DNA of 64,000 nt, from the IMG/VR virus record IMGVR_UViG_3300047443_000090, positions 1-64,000 of that record. The stretch is one strand, 5' to 3'. Source of the stretch: a virus. Below are positions 44,350-55,200 of this stretch, piece after piece (the stretch's first letter is position 1; every line of letters begins with the position of its first letter). The translations under genes and the position numbers were made by a program. A model generated the notes under the pieces. It was not told the DNA's origin and did not search any database. It saw nothing but the letters and a program-made list of their open reading frames with translations.

Positions 44350-44913
44350 CTAAAAACCGAAGTTCGAGGCGCAGATAGGGCCGATTCCTCTTTCGATAGA
44401 GTCTGGATCGGTCAGCTCTCGACCGCAGCAGGCGCAAATGCCGGTCTGCTGGCCGTAGGCGACTGCCGACTTGATCGGGTCAGCGCACAGCGTCACAATC
44501 TGCGCGCGCTGTTCGTCGCTGCAATCGCGCGAGCCGGTGAACTGGCCGTCAGCGATTTTGCCGAGGTATGCGTCGGATGCGGTGACGTAGATCGCGCCAG
44601 CGTTGCGCCCGGTGGCCGGGGCCATCTTCAGTACGAAATCGCCAAGGCGCAGTTTTGGACGCTTCAGGCCGTTCTCGGTGGCCGTGGCGAAAGCGACTTG
44701 CACCGCGCCCACACCGGCAGAGCCGACTTCGACGCCAGCGGCGGCCACCGGGGCGGCAGCGTTGCGAGCGACGATCCGGGCGACCGCTGCAATCTGGTTA
44801 TCGGTCAGCGTGCCCTTGGACTTCAGTTGACGATCCAGCGAGAACGCGAAGTCGTTAGACGGCGCGTGCTGAATGATCCACTTGATTTCTGGTGCGTTTG
44901 ACTTCAGTTCCAT
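44350..44913 (-). CDS. DUF6011 Zn-finger protein
   Basis: CACCGRELTDPDSIERGIGPIC. Confidence 0.8.
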   Translation of the reverse strand: MELKSNAPEIKWIIQHAPSNDFAFSLDRQLKSKGTLTDNQIAAVARIVARNAAAPVAAAGVEVGSAGVGAVQVAFATATENGLKRPKLRLGDFVLKMAPATGRNAGAIYVTASDAYLGKIADGQFTGSRDCSDEQRAQIVTLCADPIKSAVAYGQQTGICACCGRELTDPDSIERGIGPICASNFGF

Positions 44914-44944
44914 GACGGCCCCCGGTGCGTTGTTGATACTGCGT

Positions 44945-44973
44945 AGTGTATGCGCTCACACATTAAGCGTCAA
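44945..44973 (-). promoter_or_regulatory. Cassette promoter copy 5
   Basis: TTGACG-N17-TACACT with the core; hairpin GCCCGG-TTCG-CCGGGC upstream. Confidence 0.8.
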
Positions 44974-45013
44974 GCTGTTTTTGGGGTAGCGCCCGGCGAA
45001 CCGGGCGGTTTCA

Positions 45014-45931
45014 TTATTGCGGCTGTGCCGTCTTCGTCAAATCGGCCAGTTTTGCCGTGGATTCGTCAAGATAGCGCTTCCAGTACTCCGCGTCCTTATC
45101 TGATTCTGCCTTCTTCAGCAGCTTGGTATATTCCTTGATGTCGCGCTCGGCTCGCTTGATGTCGCTGGCCAGCTCTTTGGCGGCTTTCTCTGCCTTCAGG
45201 CGCGGCAGATCGTCAATGCGGGCCAATTCCTTCAGGCAGGCCAAGCAGGTTACTTCTTCCCGGTTCTCGGTCGTCATCTTGTAGGTCTGCGCGCCCTGAG
45301 CGGAGGAAACGCAAGCACTGCTCTTGCGGCCATACCTAATTGCAGCGAAGTGCAGGCGAGGCGCATTGGCGGCCTTGTCGGCGGCGGTGACTGGCTTCAG
45401 CGGCTCCAGCTTCCAGTTGTTCAATCGGGCGGTCATGTACTCGATGCTCATTTCCGCTTCTTTGATGTTGCGGCGAAGGTGCTTGAGCCATTCTGCCGAC
45501 AGCTCTTTGATGGCCGCTTCGATGGTCTTCGCATCGCTGTAGCTCTGCCATTTTTTCACTTCCTTGCCTTGGGAGTCGATTGCTACCGGCAGGCCGCTTT
45601 CCGCCAGCTTTACAGTGACGAGGATAGGGTAGATCAGGTCGCCAGCGCGGGTAACTTGGCGGTACATCATGCGAATCTTGCCATCCTCGGCCAGCGGGTT
45701 CTTTTTCAGGGTGGCGATTTCGCCCTTCTTCGCGGCCACGTAGGCATTTGCGTGCTCGATGCCGCGCGCCAGCAGGTCGCACGAAAGCTGGTAAGGCTTC
45801 GCGCCGGAACCGAAGCAAGCGCCTTGCTGCCAGCCGTTTTGGATCGTGTAGCCATGCTTGGCGATAGCGTGCTCGTGCGACTTCTGTTCACGCCCGCAAA
45901 TCTGACAATTCCCGAAAAATTCAGCAGCCAT
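45014..45931 (-). CDS. Hypothetical protein with Zn-binding motifs
   Basis: GNCQICGR..IAKHGY...GACFGS; C-terminal CLAC and coiled coil. Confidence 0.75.
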   Translation of the reverse strand: MAAEFFGNCQICGREQKSHEHAIAKHGYTIQNGWQQGACFGSGAKPYQLSCDLLARGIEHANAYVAAKKGEIATLKKNPLAEDGKIRMMYRQVTRAGDLIYPILVTVKLAESGLPVAIDSQGKEVKKWQSYSDAKTIEAAIKELSAEWLKHLRRNIKEAEMSIEYMTARLNNWKLEPLKPVTAADKAANAPRLHFAAIRYGRKSSACVSSAQGAQTYKMTTENREEVTCLACLKELARIDDLPRLKAEKAAKELASDIKRAERDIKEYTKLLKKAESDKDAEYWKRYLDESTAKLADLTKTAQPQ

Positions 45932-45959
45932 TGCAACCTCCGTGTGTTTGTATGTCGCT

Positions 45960-45988
45960 ACTGTATGCGCTCACGTTTATTGCGTCAA
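45960..45988 (-). promoter_or_regulatory. Cassette promoter copy 6
   Basis: TTGACG-N17-TACAGT. Confidence 0.85.
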
Positions 45989-46017
45989 GTGTTTTTTTGC
46001 GACGGCGCAAATGAGCA

Positions 46018-46058
46018 GGAAAACAGGCGGCCCCGGCGCATCGCCAGCCAATGACAAT
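46018..46058 (+). promoter_or_regulatory. Candidate late promoter (darA operon)
   Basis: GGAAAA-N29-GACAAT; ATG 6 nt downstream, possibly leaderless. Confidence 0.7.
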
Positions 46059-46063
46059 GGCGT

Positions 46064-48418
46064 ATGGACAAATTCGCTTATATCGACCACGCCGCGCACT
46101 CCGGGGCGAACGGCAACAACCAGCGCCAAGAGGCGACGCAGGCCCAGCAGGACGCCGGGAACTATGCCAAGGGCCGCTTGACCCTGCATGGCCTGCGCAT
46201 CGCCATCGAAACGCCGCGCGGCACCCGGCGCGAGTGGCGCGCAAAGGACGGCACCAGCGGTAGCAACCTGCTGAAGTTCCACTACGGGTACTTCGAGGGC
46301 ATAAGGGGCGCTGACGGCGACGAGCTGGATTGCAGCATCGGGCCGTGGCCTGAAGCTCCGCTCGCTTACGTGGTGAACCAGTACATGCGCGGCCAGTTTG
46401 ACGAGCACAAGGTAATGCTGGGGTTTCCAGACCGCCGCACGGCAATCGCTGGCTACCTGAGCAACTACAGCCCCGGCTGGCAGGGCATGAATAGCTGCAT
46501 TTCCTGTTCGATATCGCAGCTCAAATGGTGGCTGGCAAACGGTAATTTGAAACGCCAGCTCACGCAAGATCAACTCCCCTATGAAGGAACGGACGACACG
46601 ATGGAAAAGGTACTTTGGGATAGCGCGCACAATCCGATGCGCTCGACGCTCGACAAGGTTTTGTACAGCCTGCGCGAGCATGACGCGGGCAATGGCCTGC
46701 TGTTCGACGCGGTGAGCATGGCCGAGATTCTGGCCGACTCGGACGGCGTGATGACGCTGGACGCGCTGGTTCTCCCCTACGCCCGGATTGAGCAGCGCAT
46801 GACGCTGCTGCAAAAGGTTCTGGATCGCGCGGGCGAAGCCGTCAAGGTGGCCGCTATGCAGGTGTCCGAGCCATTCACGCAGCGCGGCTCGACCAACGTC
46901 GCAGTAATCTACGAGCTGTCGGACGGCCAAACCATTTCTATTTTCTTCCACAATCCCGATGTGACGCCGAAGAAAATCACGCCAAGCGATGACGTGATTT
47001 CGTGGAAATGGCTGTTGAACAAAAAGGACATCACCGTTGCTGTCGCGCCGGAACGTGGCCGCGACCTGGACGTTCGCACGGTGGCATCGCGCATCATGCG
47101 GCTGGCCGAGAAAAATAGCGCCCGGTTCATCGCCGCCAACGGCAAGCGCGCCGAAAAGCTGCAAGTGATTTCCGACCTGAAGGGCGAGCTGGAAACGAAG
47201 AAAGAAACCCTGAGCGGGCTGGAGCGCCAGATTGAGGTTGCGATGCAGGAGCGCGAGCTGGCGGGCTTGGACGAGCCGCCAGAGCCTATCGTCCCGCCCG
47301 AGCCTGAACCGGAACCGGCCCCAGCGGCTACGCTGAACGTGGACGGCATCAAGGCCGTGATTACGTCTGACGAGCCTATGCCGGGCGTCGCCGTGGGCGC
47401 GAACTGGGTAGTGATGAACGCCCCGCGCCCGCTGCTGGGCACCGAAACGATGTCCGATGGCGAATTCCTCGACGGTCGTTTCTACGCTGCCATCGACCCG
47501 AACGACTACATGGCGCAAGCCTACGTCGATGCGAACGTGAAGCTCGCTGCGAGCGTGGTGTTCGTGGCTGACGAGGCGACGCAGACCGAAATGGCGCTCA
47601 ACACGATCAATCAGGACTACCTGCCCGCCTACATGAAAATGGACGAAGGCGAGCGCAAGACGGCTCTGAGCGGCTTCATCGCCAAGCTCAACGGCTTCAC
47701 CTATGGCGCGATGAAGGAGCTGGCCGCCAAGGGTATGCCGGTGGTAGCGGAGCCAGAGCCGGAACCGCAGCCAGAACCCGAGCCGAAGCCCGAGCCTGCG
47801 CCTACGTGGCGCAGCAAGTACATCGTGATCGAGTTGGTTGACCGATTCCGCGTCGCTGGCCTCAATGCCAACCCGATCAGCCCGTCCTACCCGACGCGCG
47901 CCGAAGCCGAGGCCGCTGCCGCCGCCTATTTCGCTGGCGGCGACAACTTCCCGGCACCGTCCGACTCCGACGAATTCGCGGCGCAAGAGGCTGAAAAGTT
48001 GGCTGCTGAAAAGCGGGCCGCCGAGCAGGCCGCACGCGAAGCCGCCGAGCAGGCCGAGCGCGATGCAGAGGCGGCACGCCAAGCCGAGGCAGCAGCGCAG
48101 GCGCAGCGCGACGCGGAGGCCGCCGCAGCCAACGAGGCAGCCAATATTGTAGTGCCGGTTGCAGAGGTAGCGCCGCAGCCTGAGCCTGTAGTGGAGCCAA
48201 GCGCGACCGGCGACAATCAAGAAGCTGCCGATGGCGATTTCCTCGCGCTGGCGGCAGCGGGCGACGTGGATTTCTACGATAAGGCCGTAACCGACCGCCT
48301 CGCCGCACTGGCGAAGCAATACACCGACCCCGAAGGCGCGTATCTCGATCTGGTCATGCAGGCCAAGACCGCCGCCAAACAGTTCTTCATCGCTGAGTTC
48401 AAAAAGAAGGTGGCCTAA
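46064..48418 (+). CDS. darA: DarA-like defence-against-restriction protein with N-terminal inorganic pyrophosphatase-like domain
   Basis: GNYAKG...IETPRG...HYGY...GADGDELD...FDEHKVMLGF (InPase); ELSDGQTISIFFH...KWLLNKKDIT..VAPE (DarA_N); C-terminal DarA_C-like helices. Confidence 0.8.
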   Translation: MDKFAYIDHAAHSGANGNNQRQEATQAQQDAGNYAKGRLTLHGLRIAIETPRGTRREWRAKDGTSGSNLLKFHYGYFEGIRGADGDELDCSIGPWPEAPLAYVVNQYMRGQFDEHKVMLGFPDRRTAIAGYLSNYSPGWQGMNSCISCSISQLKWWLANGNLKRQLTQDQLPYEGTDDTMEKVLWDSAHNPMRSTLDKVLYSLREHDAGNGLLFDAVSMAEILADSDGVMTLDALVLPYARIEQRMTLLQKVLDRAGEAVKVAAMQVSEPFTQRGSTNVAVIYELSDGQTISIFFHNPDVTPKKITPSDDVISWKWLLNKKDITVAVAPERGRDLDVRTVASRIMRLAEKNSARFIAANGKRAEKLQVISDLKGELETKKETLSGLERQIEVAMQERELAGLDEPPEPIVPPEPEPEPAPAATLNVDGIKAVITSDEPMPGVAVGANWVVMNAPRPLLGTETMSDGEFLDGRFYAAIDPNDYMAQAYVDANVKLAASVVFVADEATQTEMALNTINQDYLPAYMKMDEGERKTALSGFIAKLNGFTYGAMKELAAKGMPVVAEPEPEPQPEPEPKPEPAPTWRSKYIVIELVDRFRVAGLNANPISPSYPTRAEAEAAAAAYFAGGDNFPAPSDSDEFAAQEAEKLAAEKRAAEQAAREAAEQAERDAEAARQAEAAAQAQRDAEAAAANEAANIVVPVAEVAPQPEPVVEPSATGDNQEAADGDFLALAAAGDVDFYDKAVTDRLAALAKQYTDPEGAYLDLVMQAKTAAKQFFIAEFKKKVA

Positions 48419-50346
48419 TGAAGCAGGGGCAAGACGAATTCTTTGCCGTCGTCGGTGAAGGCGCTGCCCTGTTGAAAAATCTGGACGAGAAATCGTCCGG
48501 GTTTTTTGACGACCTGAACCGGCTGCGGGAAATCCTCGCCATTCTCGGCTATGAGTCGGCGGTGAAGCCGCTGCAATTCTCGCTGGCCGACAAGGAAGCC
48601 TCTGCCAAGGCGCTGTGGAGCTACCTTGGCAATGGCTTGGGCCTGCTGCCGGACGCATTGGCGGTATTCGAGGCGGAAACGGTGGCTGATCTGGCATCGC
48701 TGGCTGGCGACAAGAGCCTGAACCATGCGGCGCAGGAATGGGCAATCGACAACGGGAGGAAGCCGCAGGCGCACTTGGCGACAACGAAGCTGGCCGCGTT
48801 CGAGAACCTTGCGGCGCGCGGCGTGGATCATGGCGTGGAGCAGTCCGCGCTGGAGGGTGCTATGCGGGATGCCGACACGCTGCTGGCGCAGAGCTTGGAG
48901 GATAACCCGGCGTACAGCGCAGCACGCGCGCACTATGACAAAGTGGGTAGGGATCGCACTGAGCAACTGGCCGAAATAAGCGAGAAGATAAAAGCTGCCC
49001 GCGTGGCCCGCGATTCGCAATATGGCAAAGAGCGCGCCGAGGCAGAGCAAATTCTTGAGGACTTGCTCAACGAAAGGGCGGCTTTAGCTGCGCCACTGGA
49101 CGAGGCGCAGATTGCGGCATGGGATGCGGTAAAGGCGACCCATGCGAAATTCAACGAGGATCGGGTGGCCGGGCACCGTGCGCTATTCGAGGAAAACGGC
49201 CAGAAGATCATCGCCAAGGTGGCCGAGGCATCGCCTATTACGCCCGAGCAGGCGCAGGCGTGGGCGAGCGAGCAGATCATTGACGACAACGCCAAGGCGA
49301 AGCTCAAGCGACTGGGCTACAAGCCCGATGACGTGGTGCGCGATATGGCCGAGTTCTACCGCCTCACTGGCGGCAAGGCGTCGGCAATCCGCATTGGCCT
49401 TGACGGTGGCCGCCGCGCGAATGCGGTGGGCATTACCGAGCGGCTGGGCGAGAAGGTTATCAATCTCGGCGGGCACTTCAACAAAACCGTGCTGTTCCAC
49501 GAGCTTGCGCACCATTTGGAGAATGACCCGATTGCGAAGGCAGCATCCAATGGATTCCTGATTAAGCGCCGAGAGAGCGAGCAGCCGCACCGCCTGCGCG
49601 ACCTGACCGGCAACAAGGGCTATGACGCGCGCGAGGTGGCCTATAAGGACGGCTTCACCGACCCGTATGTTGGCAAAATCTACCGTGATGGCGTAACGGA
49701 AGTGTGGTCGATGGGCGTGCAGTACCTCGCAAACCCCAAGGACGCGGCCATCTTCGCGGCGAAAGACCCGGAAATGTTCAAGCTGATTACTGGCTACCTG
49801 ACCATGCCGACGACGCCAGCAATGAGCGCCAAGCTGAATATGCACAAGGGCGCTATCGGGGATGCTATCGAGAAGAAGCAGAACAAAGAAGCCCAGTACG
49901 AGCAGGCCGTGAAATACCTCGCTGCCCAAGCCGTGATTGCGAAAGACGACTGGTTCGATACGCTTGACCGCGAGGGCACGGTTTATGATCTGCTGTCGTC
50001 GTATGTGCTCTACAAGGCGAAAAAAGACCCTGCGCAGTATGTCGGCTCGAACGGCGACTACCGCGTATTTTCTGGCGTGTTCCGCAACCCGGCCACCAAG
50101 CGCAACGCCAAGGGGTACATGATTGTCGATACCAGCACTGGCGGCGACGCCAGCAGCTATCGTCGCTCCATTCCCGACCATGAAATCATCAATGGCGATC
50201 TGGAGCAAGTGCAGGCCGTTATTGCAGTTGCCAAGACAAACGGAACTGGCCTGTTTAGCGCGGCATGGAACTATTTTAGGAATGGCTCATATAGCGACCA
50301 AAAGCAAAATCTGGTTGACTTTGTTGGCGCGGAGAAACTGAAATGA
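48418..50346 (+). CDS. Polyvalent protein with zincin-like metallopeptidase motif
   Basis: LFHELAHHLE (HExxH) with downstream YVGKIY..TEVWSMG. Confidence 0.7.
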   Translation: MKQGQDEFFAVVGEGAALLKNLDEKSSGFFDDLNRLREILAILGYESAVKPLQFSLADKEASAKALWSYLGNGLGLLPDALAVFEAETVADLASLAGDKSLNHAAQEWAIDNGRKPQAHLATTKLAAFENLAARGVDHGVEQSALEGAMRDADTLLAQSLEDNPAYSAARAHYDKVGRDRTEQLAEISEKIKAARVARDSQYGKERAEAEQILEDLLNERAALAAPLDEAQIAAWDAVKATHAKFNEDRVAGHRALFEENGQKIIAKVAEASPITPEQAQAWASEQIIDDNAKAKLKRLGYKPDDVVRDMAEFYRLTGGKASAIRIGLDGGRRANAVGITERLGEKVINLGGHFNKTVLFHELAHHLENDPIAKAASNGFLIKRRESEQPHRLRDLTGNKGYDAREVAYKDGFTDPYVGKIYRDGVTEVWSMGVQYLANPKDAAIFAAKDPEMFKLITGYLTMPTTPAMSAKLNMHKGAIGDAIEKKQNKEAQYEQAVKYLAAQAVIAKDDWFDTLDREGTVYDLLSSYVLYKAKKDPAQYVGSNGDYRVFSGVFRNPATKRNAKGYMIVDTSTGGDASSYRRSIPDHEIINGDLEQVQAVIAVAKTNGTGLFSAAWNYFRNGSYSDQKQNLVDFVGAEKLK

Positions 50347-52181
50347 TAACGACCGAATACAGCGTAGCAACGCCGCATGGCGTGTTCATGGCCCAGTGGG
50401 ACGAGGACGAGGAAAGCCCAGTCAAGTACAGCGGCGATGATGGTGCAATATCCTACTTCAAAGCGTATCTCGACCTGAATTCTATCTCCGGGCCGGGCGG
50501 CGCGCTGGTGCGATTCGACGCGCTGGAACCCGCCGACCTGTACGGGTTTTGCCAGTCTGAAAAGTACGGCATTTTCGTCGCCCCGACACCGGACGACATC
50601 ATGGACGATATGGAACAAGAACACGAAGGACAGAAAATGATTACTGTGCTGGACGCCGTGAGCGACGCCAAAGCCTTTGAGCTGATAGGCGAGGGCGCGC
50701 AAATCCTGAGCCGTCTTAACGAGGACTCGGAAACCTTTTTTGCCGACATCGGCACGCTGCGCGAAATTATTCAGCAGTTGGGAGATGACGCCCCCGAGCA
50801 GATCATCGCGGCAGCTCTGACCGGCACGGAGCTGGGCGACTTCCCCGATACGCCCGAGGGCCGCGTCGCCCTGCGCTCCGCAGCGAAAGACTACTTCGCC
50901 AAGCTCCAAGGCACAAAGGTGTTCAATGCGTCACTGAACGCCGATATTGGCTTCGCGCGCGAAGGCATCAAAAAGGCACTCTCCTTCAGCGCTGATCCGC
51001 GCAAACTCAAGCTGATCCCAGCCCTGCCCAAAATCCTCGCCTCCGCCGTGGACGCGAAGAAGCTGGCCCTGCGCGGCGATGACCCGCGCGTGGTGGCGAT
51101 GCACGTTCTCAAGGCTGATGTGGTGGTGGGCGACGCCACGCTGACGGTGCGTGTCGTCGTAAAAGAGCGCGATGATGGCTCGTTCTTCTACGACCACAGC
51201 GTAAATAAAGGGGACTTGGGTGGAAGCACGGAGGTACTCGATTCCGTCGATAGCACGGGTCTTTCGCTGATCGCCCTACTCTGCACCGAGCCGTCGATGC
51301 AGCAAGTCCTTATGGATAGTGTAAGCCAATCCGGCGAAGTGTTCAACCTGTTCATCGAAGGCGAAGCTCTGGAAGAACTCACCGCTGAAGCCGCCCCTCA
51401 ACCCGAACAATACGACGTGTCCATGCAAACTCTTATCTCCATCGCTGCCAATTCCATCGCGGAGCTGCGCCGCATCGACGTGTACCGCGTGCTGAATAGC
51501 GCGGGCAACCAGCGCGAAGCACTGGCGAATTTCATCATCGCAAACCGCCCGGACTTGCAAAAGGAAGTTCTGGACGTGATGGCCGAGGAATGGCCTGAGC
51601 TGGGCTACAGCGCCCCGGCTGCGCCTGCGGTGGCGGGCGGTGGCAATGCCGAGCTGGAGGCGGCAGGGTTCAAGAACGTGAGCGGCAACGAGTGGGCCAA
51701 GGGCGTGCAGGGCGAGAGCGGCAAGCTCAACCTCAACATTCGCGTGTTCGGCACCCCGGAGCAGTTCAAGCTGAAAAAGTCGGCATCGTTCACTGGCGGC
51801 ATCAGCGGCTCGCCATCGCAAGAGGTGGGAACCTACAACACCGCCGCCGAAGTGGTCGCAGCGGCGCAAGCCGAAGCCGCAGCCTATGCGCCCGCCGCCG
51901 AGCTGCTGACCCCGAGCGAGGACGGCCAGCCCAAGCAGCTCGAAGTGCCGCCAGTGCCGGAAGCTGGCAAAGCGCCCGAGGCAACGCCGCAGCGCGCCGC
52001 CGACATTACCTTCCTGAGCGCGGTAATCGCGCACCAAGTCGATATGTGGGCCGATGATCTGGCCGACAAAATCGAGGCGCTGGGCGGCACCTATGCGGGC
52101 GATGCCGAGGTAGAAAAGCTGTGGGGCGACGCCATCAACGCCTACACCGATTTCATGTCTGCGGAAATGTCCAAGGGCTAA
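50343..52181 (+). CDS. Polyvalent protein with LPD3-like and DarA_C-like domains
   Basis: NASLNADIGF..GIKK...KLIPALPKIL...FYDH; C-terminus similar to the DarA C-terminus. Confidence 0.7.
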   Translation: MITTEYSVATPHGVFMAQWDEDEESPVKYSGDDGAISYFKAYLDLNSISGPGGALVRFDALEPADLYGFCQSEKYGIFVAPTPDDIMDDMEQEHEGQKMITVLDAVSDAKAFELIGEGAQILSRLNEDSETFFADIGTLREIIQQLGDDAPEQIIAAALTGTELGDFPDTPEGRVALRSAAKDYFAKLQGTKVFNASLNADIGFAREGIKKALSFSADPRKLKLIPALPKILASAVDAKKLALRGDDPRVVAMHVLKADVVVGDATLTVRVVVKERDDGSFFYDHSVNKGDLGGSTEVLDSVDSTGLSLIALLCTEPSMQQVLMDSVSQSGEVFNLFIEGEALEELTAEAAPQPEQYDVSMQTLISIAANSIAELRRIDVYRVLNSAGNQREALANFIIANRPDLQKEVLDVMAEEWPELGYSAPAAPAVAGGGNAELEAAGFKNVSGNEWAKGVQGESGKLNLNIRVFGTPEQFKLKKSASFTGGISGSPSQEVGTYNTAAEVVAAAQAEAAAYAPAAELLTPSEDGQPKQLEVPPVPEAGKAPEATPQRAADITFLSAVIAHQVDMWADDLADKIEALGGTYAGDAEVEKLWGDAINAYTDFMSAEMSKG

Positions 52182-52190
52182 AAGCGACGA

Positions 52191-52256
52191 GGAAAACCGC
52201 CGGAATTCAGGCAACGAACGGGCAGCATACTTAACTGTACGCTGCCCGTTTTTTTC
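52191..52256 (+). promoter_or_regulatory. Candidate late promoter for darB embedded in a terminator hairpin
   Basis: GGAAAA-N29-CATACT; AACGGGCAGC...GCTGCCCGTT plus T-run. Confidence 0.7.
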
Positions 52257-52274
52257 ACCTGACCCGGAAGTTTA

Positions 52275-55200
52275 ATGAGAATTTTTGACGACACTTCACC
52301 CGGCAACCCACTTGCCAATTTCAAGCTCGCCGCCGAGTTTGCCAAGCTCAAAAAAGAGCGCACGGCCATAGCGGATCAAACCGACAGTGCATCCCGCCTG
52401 CGCCTGCTGAAGATCGGCGTTCGCATTCGCGCGATCATACTGGAGCTGGGCAAGCGCCCTGCCCCTGCCCCTGCGCCAGCGCCGACCCAGTTGCAGGGCA
52501 CGCCCGCAGCCGACACGGCGAAGTATTACCCGGAGGAAGGCAAGCGCACCAAAGGCCAGCGCCAGAAGGACAACAATGCGGCCATCGCCCTACTGGCGAA
52601 GATCAAGGCTGGCGAGGTTGCCGTAACCGACGCCGAGCGCGAAGTGCTGGCGAAGTACAGCGGCAATGGCGGCGGCCTGACGGACGCCAACGGCCTTACC
52701 GGCTCGCCATACGAGTATTACACCCCGAAGCCAATCGCGGGCGCGGTGTGGGGCTTGCTGGAAGAACTGGGCTTCAAGGGCGGCACCGTGCTCGACCCAT
52801 CGGCAGGTTCCGGCGTATTTACTGCCATGCGCCCAGCCGGTGCTGTGATGACGCAGATTGAGCTGGATGCAACTTCTGGCGCGATCAACGGCGCAATCAA
52901 TGACGGCCCGACCGTGAGCACGACCGTTTCCCCGTTTGAGGCGGTGGCCGCCGCGACGCCGGATGAAATGTACGACGCCATCGTAACCAACGTGCCATTC
53001 GGTGATCTGGCTATGCGCGGCGACAACCCGGAAAAGGACAAGCGTTTCCAGAAGTCGAACCTGCAAGAGTATTTCGTTCTGCGCTCGCTGCAAAAGCTGA
53101 AGCCGAACGGGCTGGCCGCGTTCATCGTGCCGAAGTCCATCATGAGCGGCCTGTCGGCCAAGGAATCGAAGCTGCGCCTGAGCGCGTCGATGATGGCCGA
53201 GTTTGTCGGCGCGTACCGCTTGCCGAATAGTATTTTCACTACGGCGAGCGCCGACGTGACGACTGACCTGATCGTGTTCCGCAAGTTCTCGCGCGAAGCG
53301 GCGACGAAAATCGCGGAGCTGCAAGAGCAGAACCCGGCTTTGCTGTCCCAAGCCAATGTGCTGTGGGATGAATTCCTGAGCGGTAAATACTTCGCTGGCG
53401 CGGGCCGCAAGTACATTTTGGGCGAGGAAGGCACGACCAACGGCAAATACGGCGAAGTGGCCGCCATCATCAACGACGACAGCATTGCGAACATCGCCAA
53501 GCTGATTAAGCGTTTCCCGCACTCGCATATCGACTGGGCGCTGCTGAATGCCACCGAAACCGCGCCTATCGTCTACAACGACGGCGACGTGATCCATGCG
53601 AACGGTCAAACGCTGGAATTCAAGGACGGCCAGTGGGAAGCGCTCGACTCCAATTCCGCCGAAGATAAGACCATGCAGGCTCTCGGCCCGAAGATGCAAA
53701 AGCCGCTGGATTGCGTCAACAACGGCATCACTTGGGAGCAGGCGAAAAAATGGATGGACTATGAGGGCATCAAGGGCCGCCATATCTCCATCCCATCATG
53801 GCTGGTGGCAGTCGGCAAGGCGTCGGACGGCATCCCCCAAAGTGAGTTTCAGGGCTGGTGGGAGGCAATCGCCGCTGGCCTGTCCGTCATGGGTCTGATG
53901 CAGGAATCGAGCAGCGTTGAGCCGTACAACTACAAGGATGGCTACCCTGTCCTGTCGGCGCAGCTCGCGCGCGTCCAATCCTACGGCAACAAGACCTTTG
54001 GCCGGGCCGCCAAGCTCATCAAAGACGGTTTGCTGAGTATCCGCAATGCGCGCGCCAAAGGCGCTTATACGCCGTTCTGGCTGGGCGAAATCCGCGCAAG
54101 CCAAGACGCCGTGGCGCTGACCCCTACCCAGCTCTACGAAAAGGTGAAATACGAGGCCGAAGATGAATCCGGCTACGTCACCGTGGATCGTCTGCGCGAG
54201 GCTATGCCCGACTTCGACCCACTGGAAAATGCCGAGTGGTGCGTGTCTGCTGATGGCAAGTCCGTGACGCACGCGAACGACTACTACAGCGGCAGCTATG
54301 CCGACTTCCTGCAAAATGCAGCCGCAGAGCTGGAAGCCTGCAACGACCCGGCTATCCGCGCCAAGCTGGTGATGCAGCACGACGCCGCGAAAGAGCGCTT
54401 GAACATGGTCGATGTGTCGTCCATGACGTTCAACCTGTTCACGCCGCACATTACGATGCTGCAAAAGCTCGAATTCCTGCGCGCCTACGTCAGCCCCGAC
54501 ATTTTCATGACGACCGACGCCAACGGGCGCGACGTGTTCGACATCAAGCAGCCGTCGCTGGGCAAGTTCGCATCCGAGGAAGAAGCCGCAAAGCATAAGT
54601 CCATGCAGCGGTTCGTCAAGGGCTATCTGAAGAACCAGAACATCACGACGCAGAGCAAGGCGACCGACGTGGAGGACGACCCGGCGAAAGAGGCAGCGCT
54701 GGTGATGCGAATCAAGGAAATCGCGGACAAGGCGAAGGCCCAATTCGATGCGTGGGCGCGCGCCAACGACGAGATTCAGGCCGGGCTGCACACTCGCCTG
54801 AATTCGCCTGACGCGCTGCGCTTCATTCAGGAGCCGGACGGCACGCCGCTGGACATTCCAAACCTGAATGTGGCCGACTTCAAACCGCACCCATACCAGT
54901 ATGGCGCGGTGCGCCGTTTCTCCCGCAACTTCGGCGGCGTGCTGGGCTTCGACGTGGGCCTTGGCAAGACCCTGACCGCGCTCGCGGCTACCCAGTATTG
55001 CCAGAGCATCGGCGTCAAGCGAAAGACCGGCTTCGTCGTCCCGAATGCGACCCTGACCAACTGGAAAAAAGAAGCGGGTAAGGCGTATCTGGACACGTCC
55101 GATTGCCTGTTCGTGGGTCTGGTGGTCAAGAATGGCAAGAGCAAGATTGACGCGGCACAGGTCAAGGCTGATCTGAATGCGATCCGCGAGAACCGCCACG

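Noticed and set aside
45977-48784. 935-aa minus-strand ORF
   Set aside because: Antisense shadow of the darA-like gene in GC-rich DNA; no motifs
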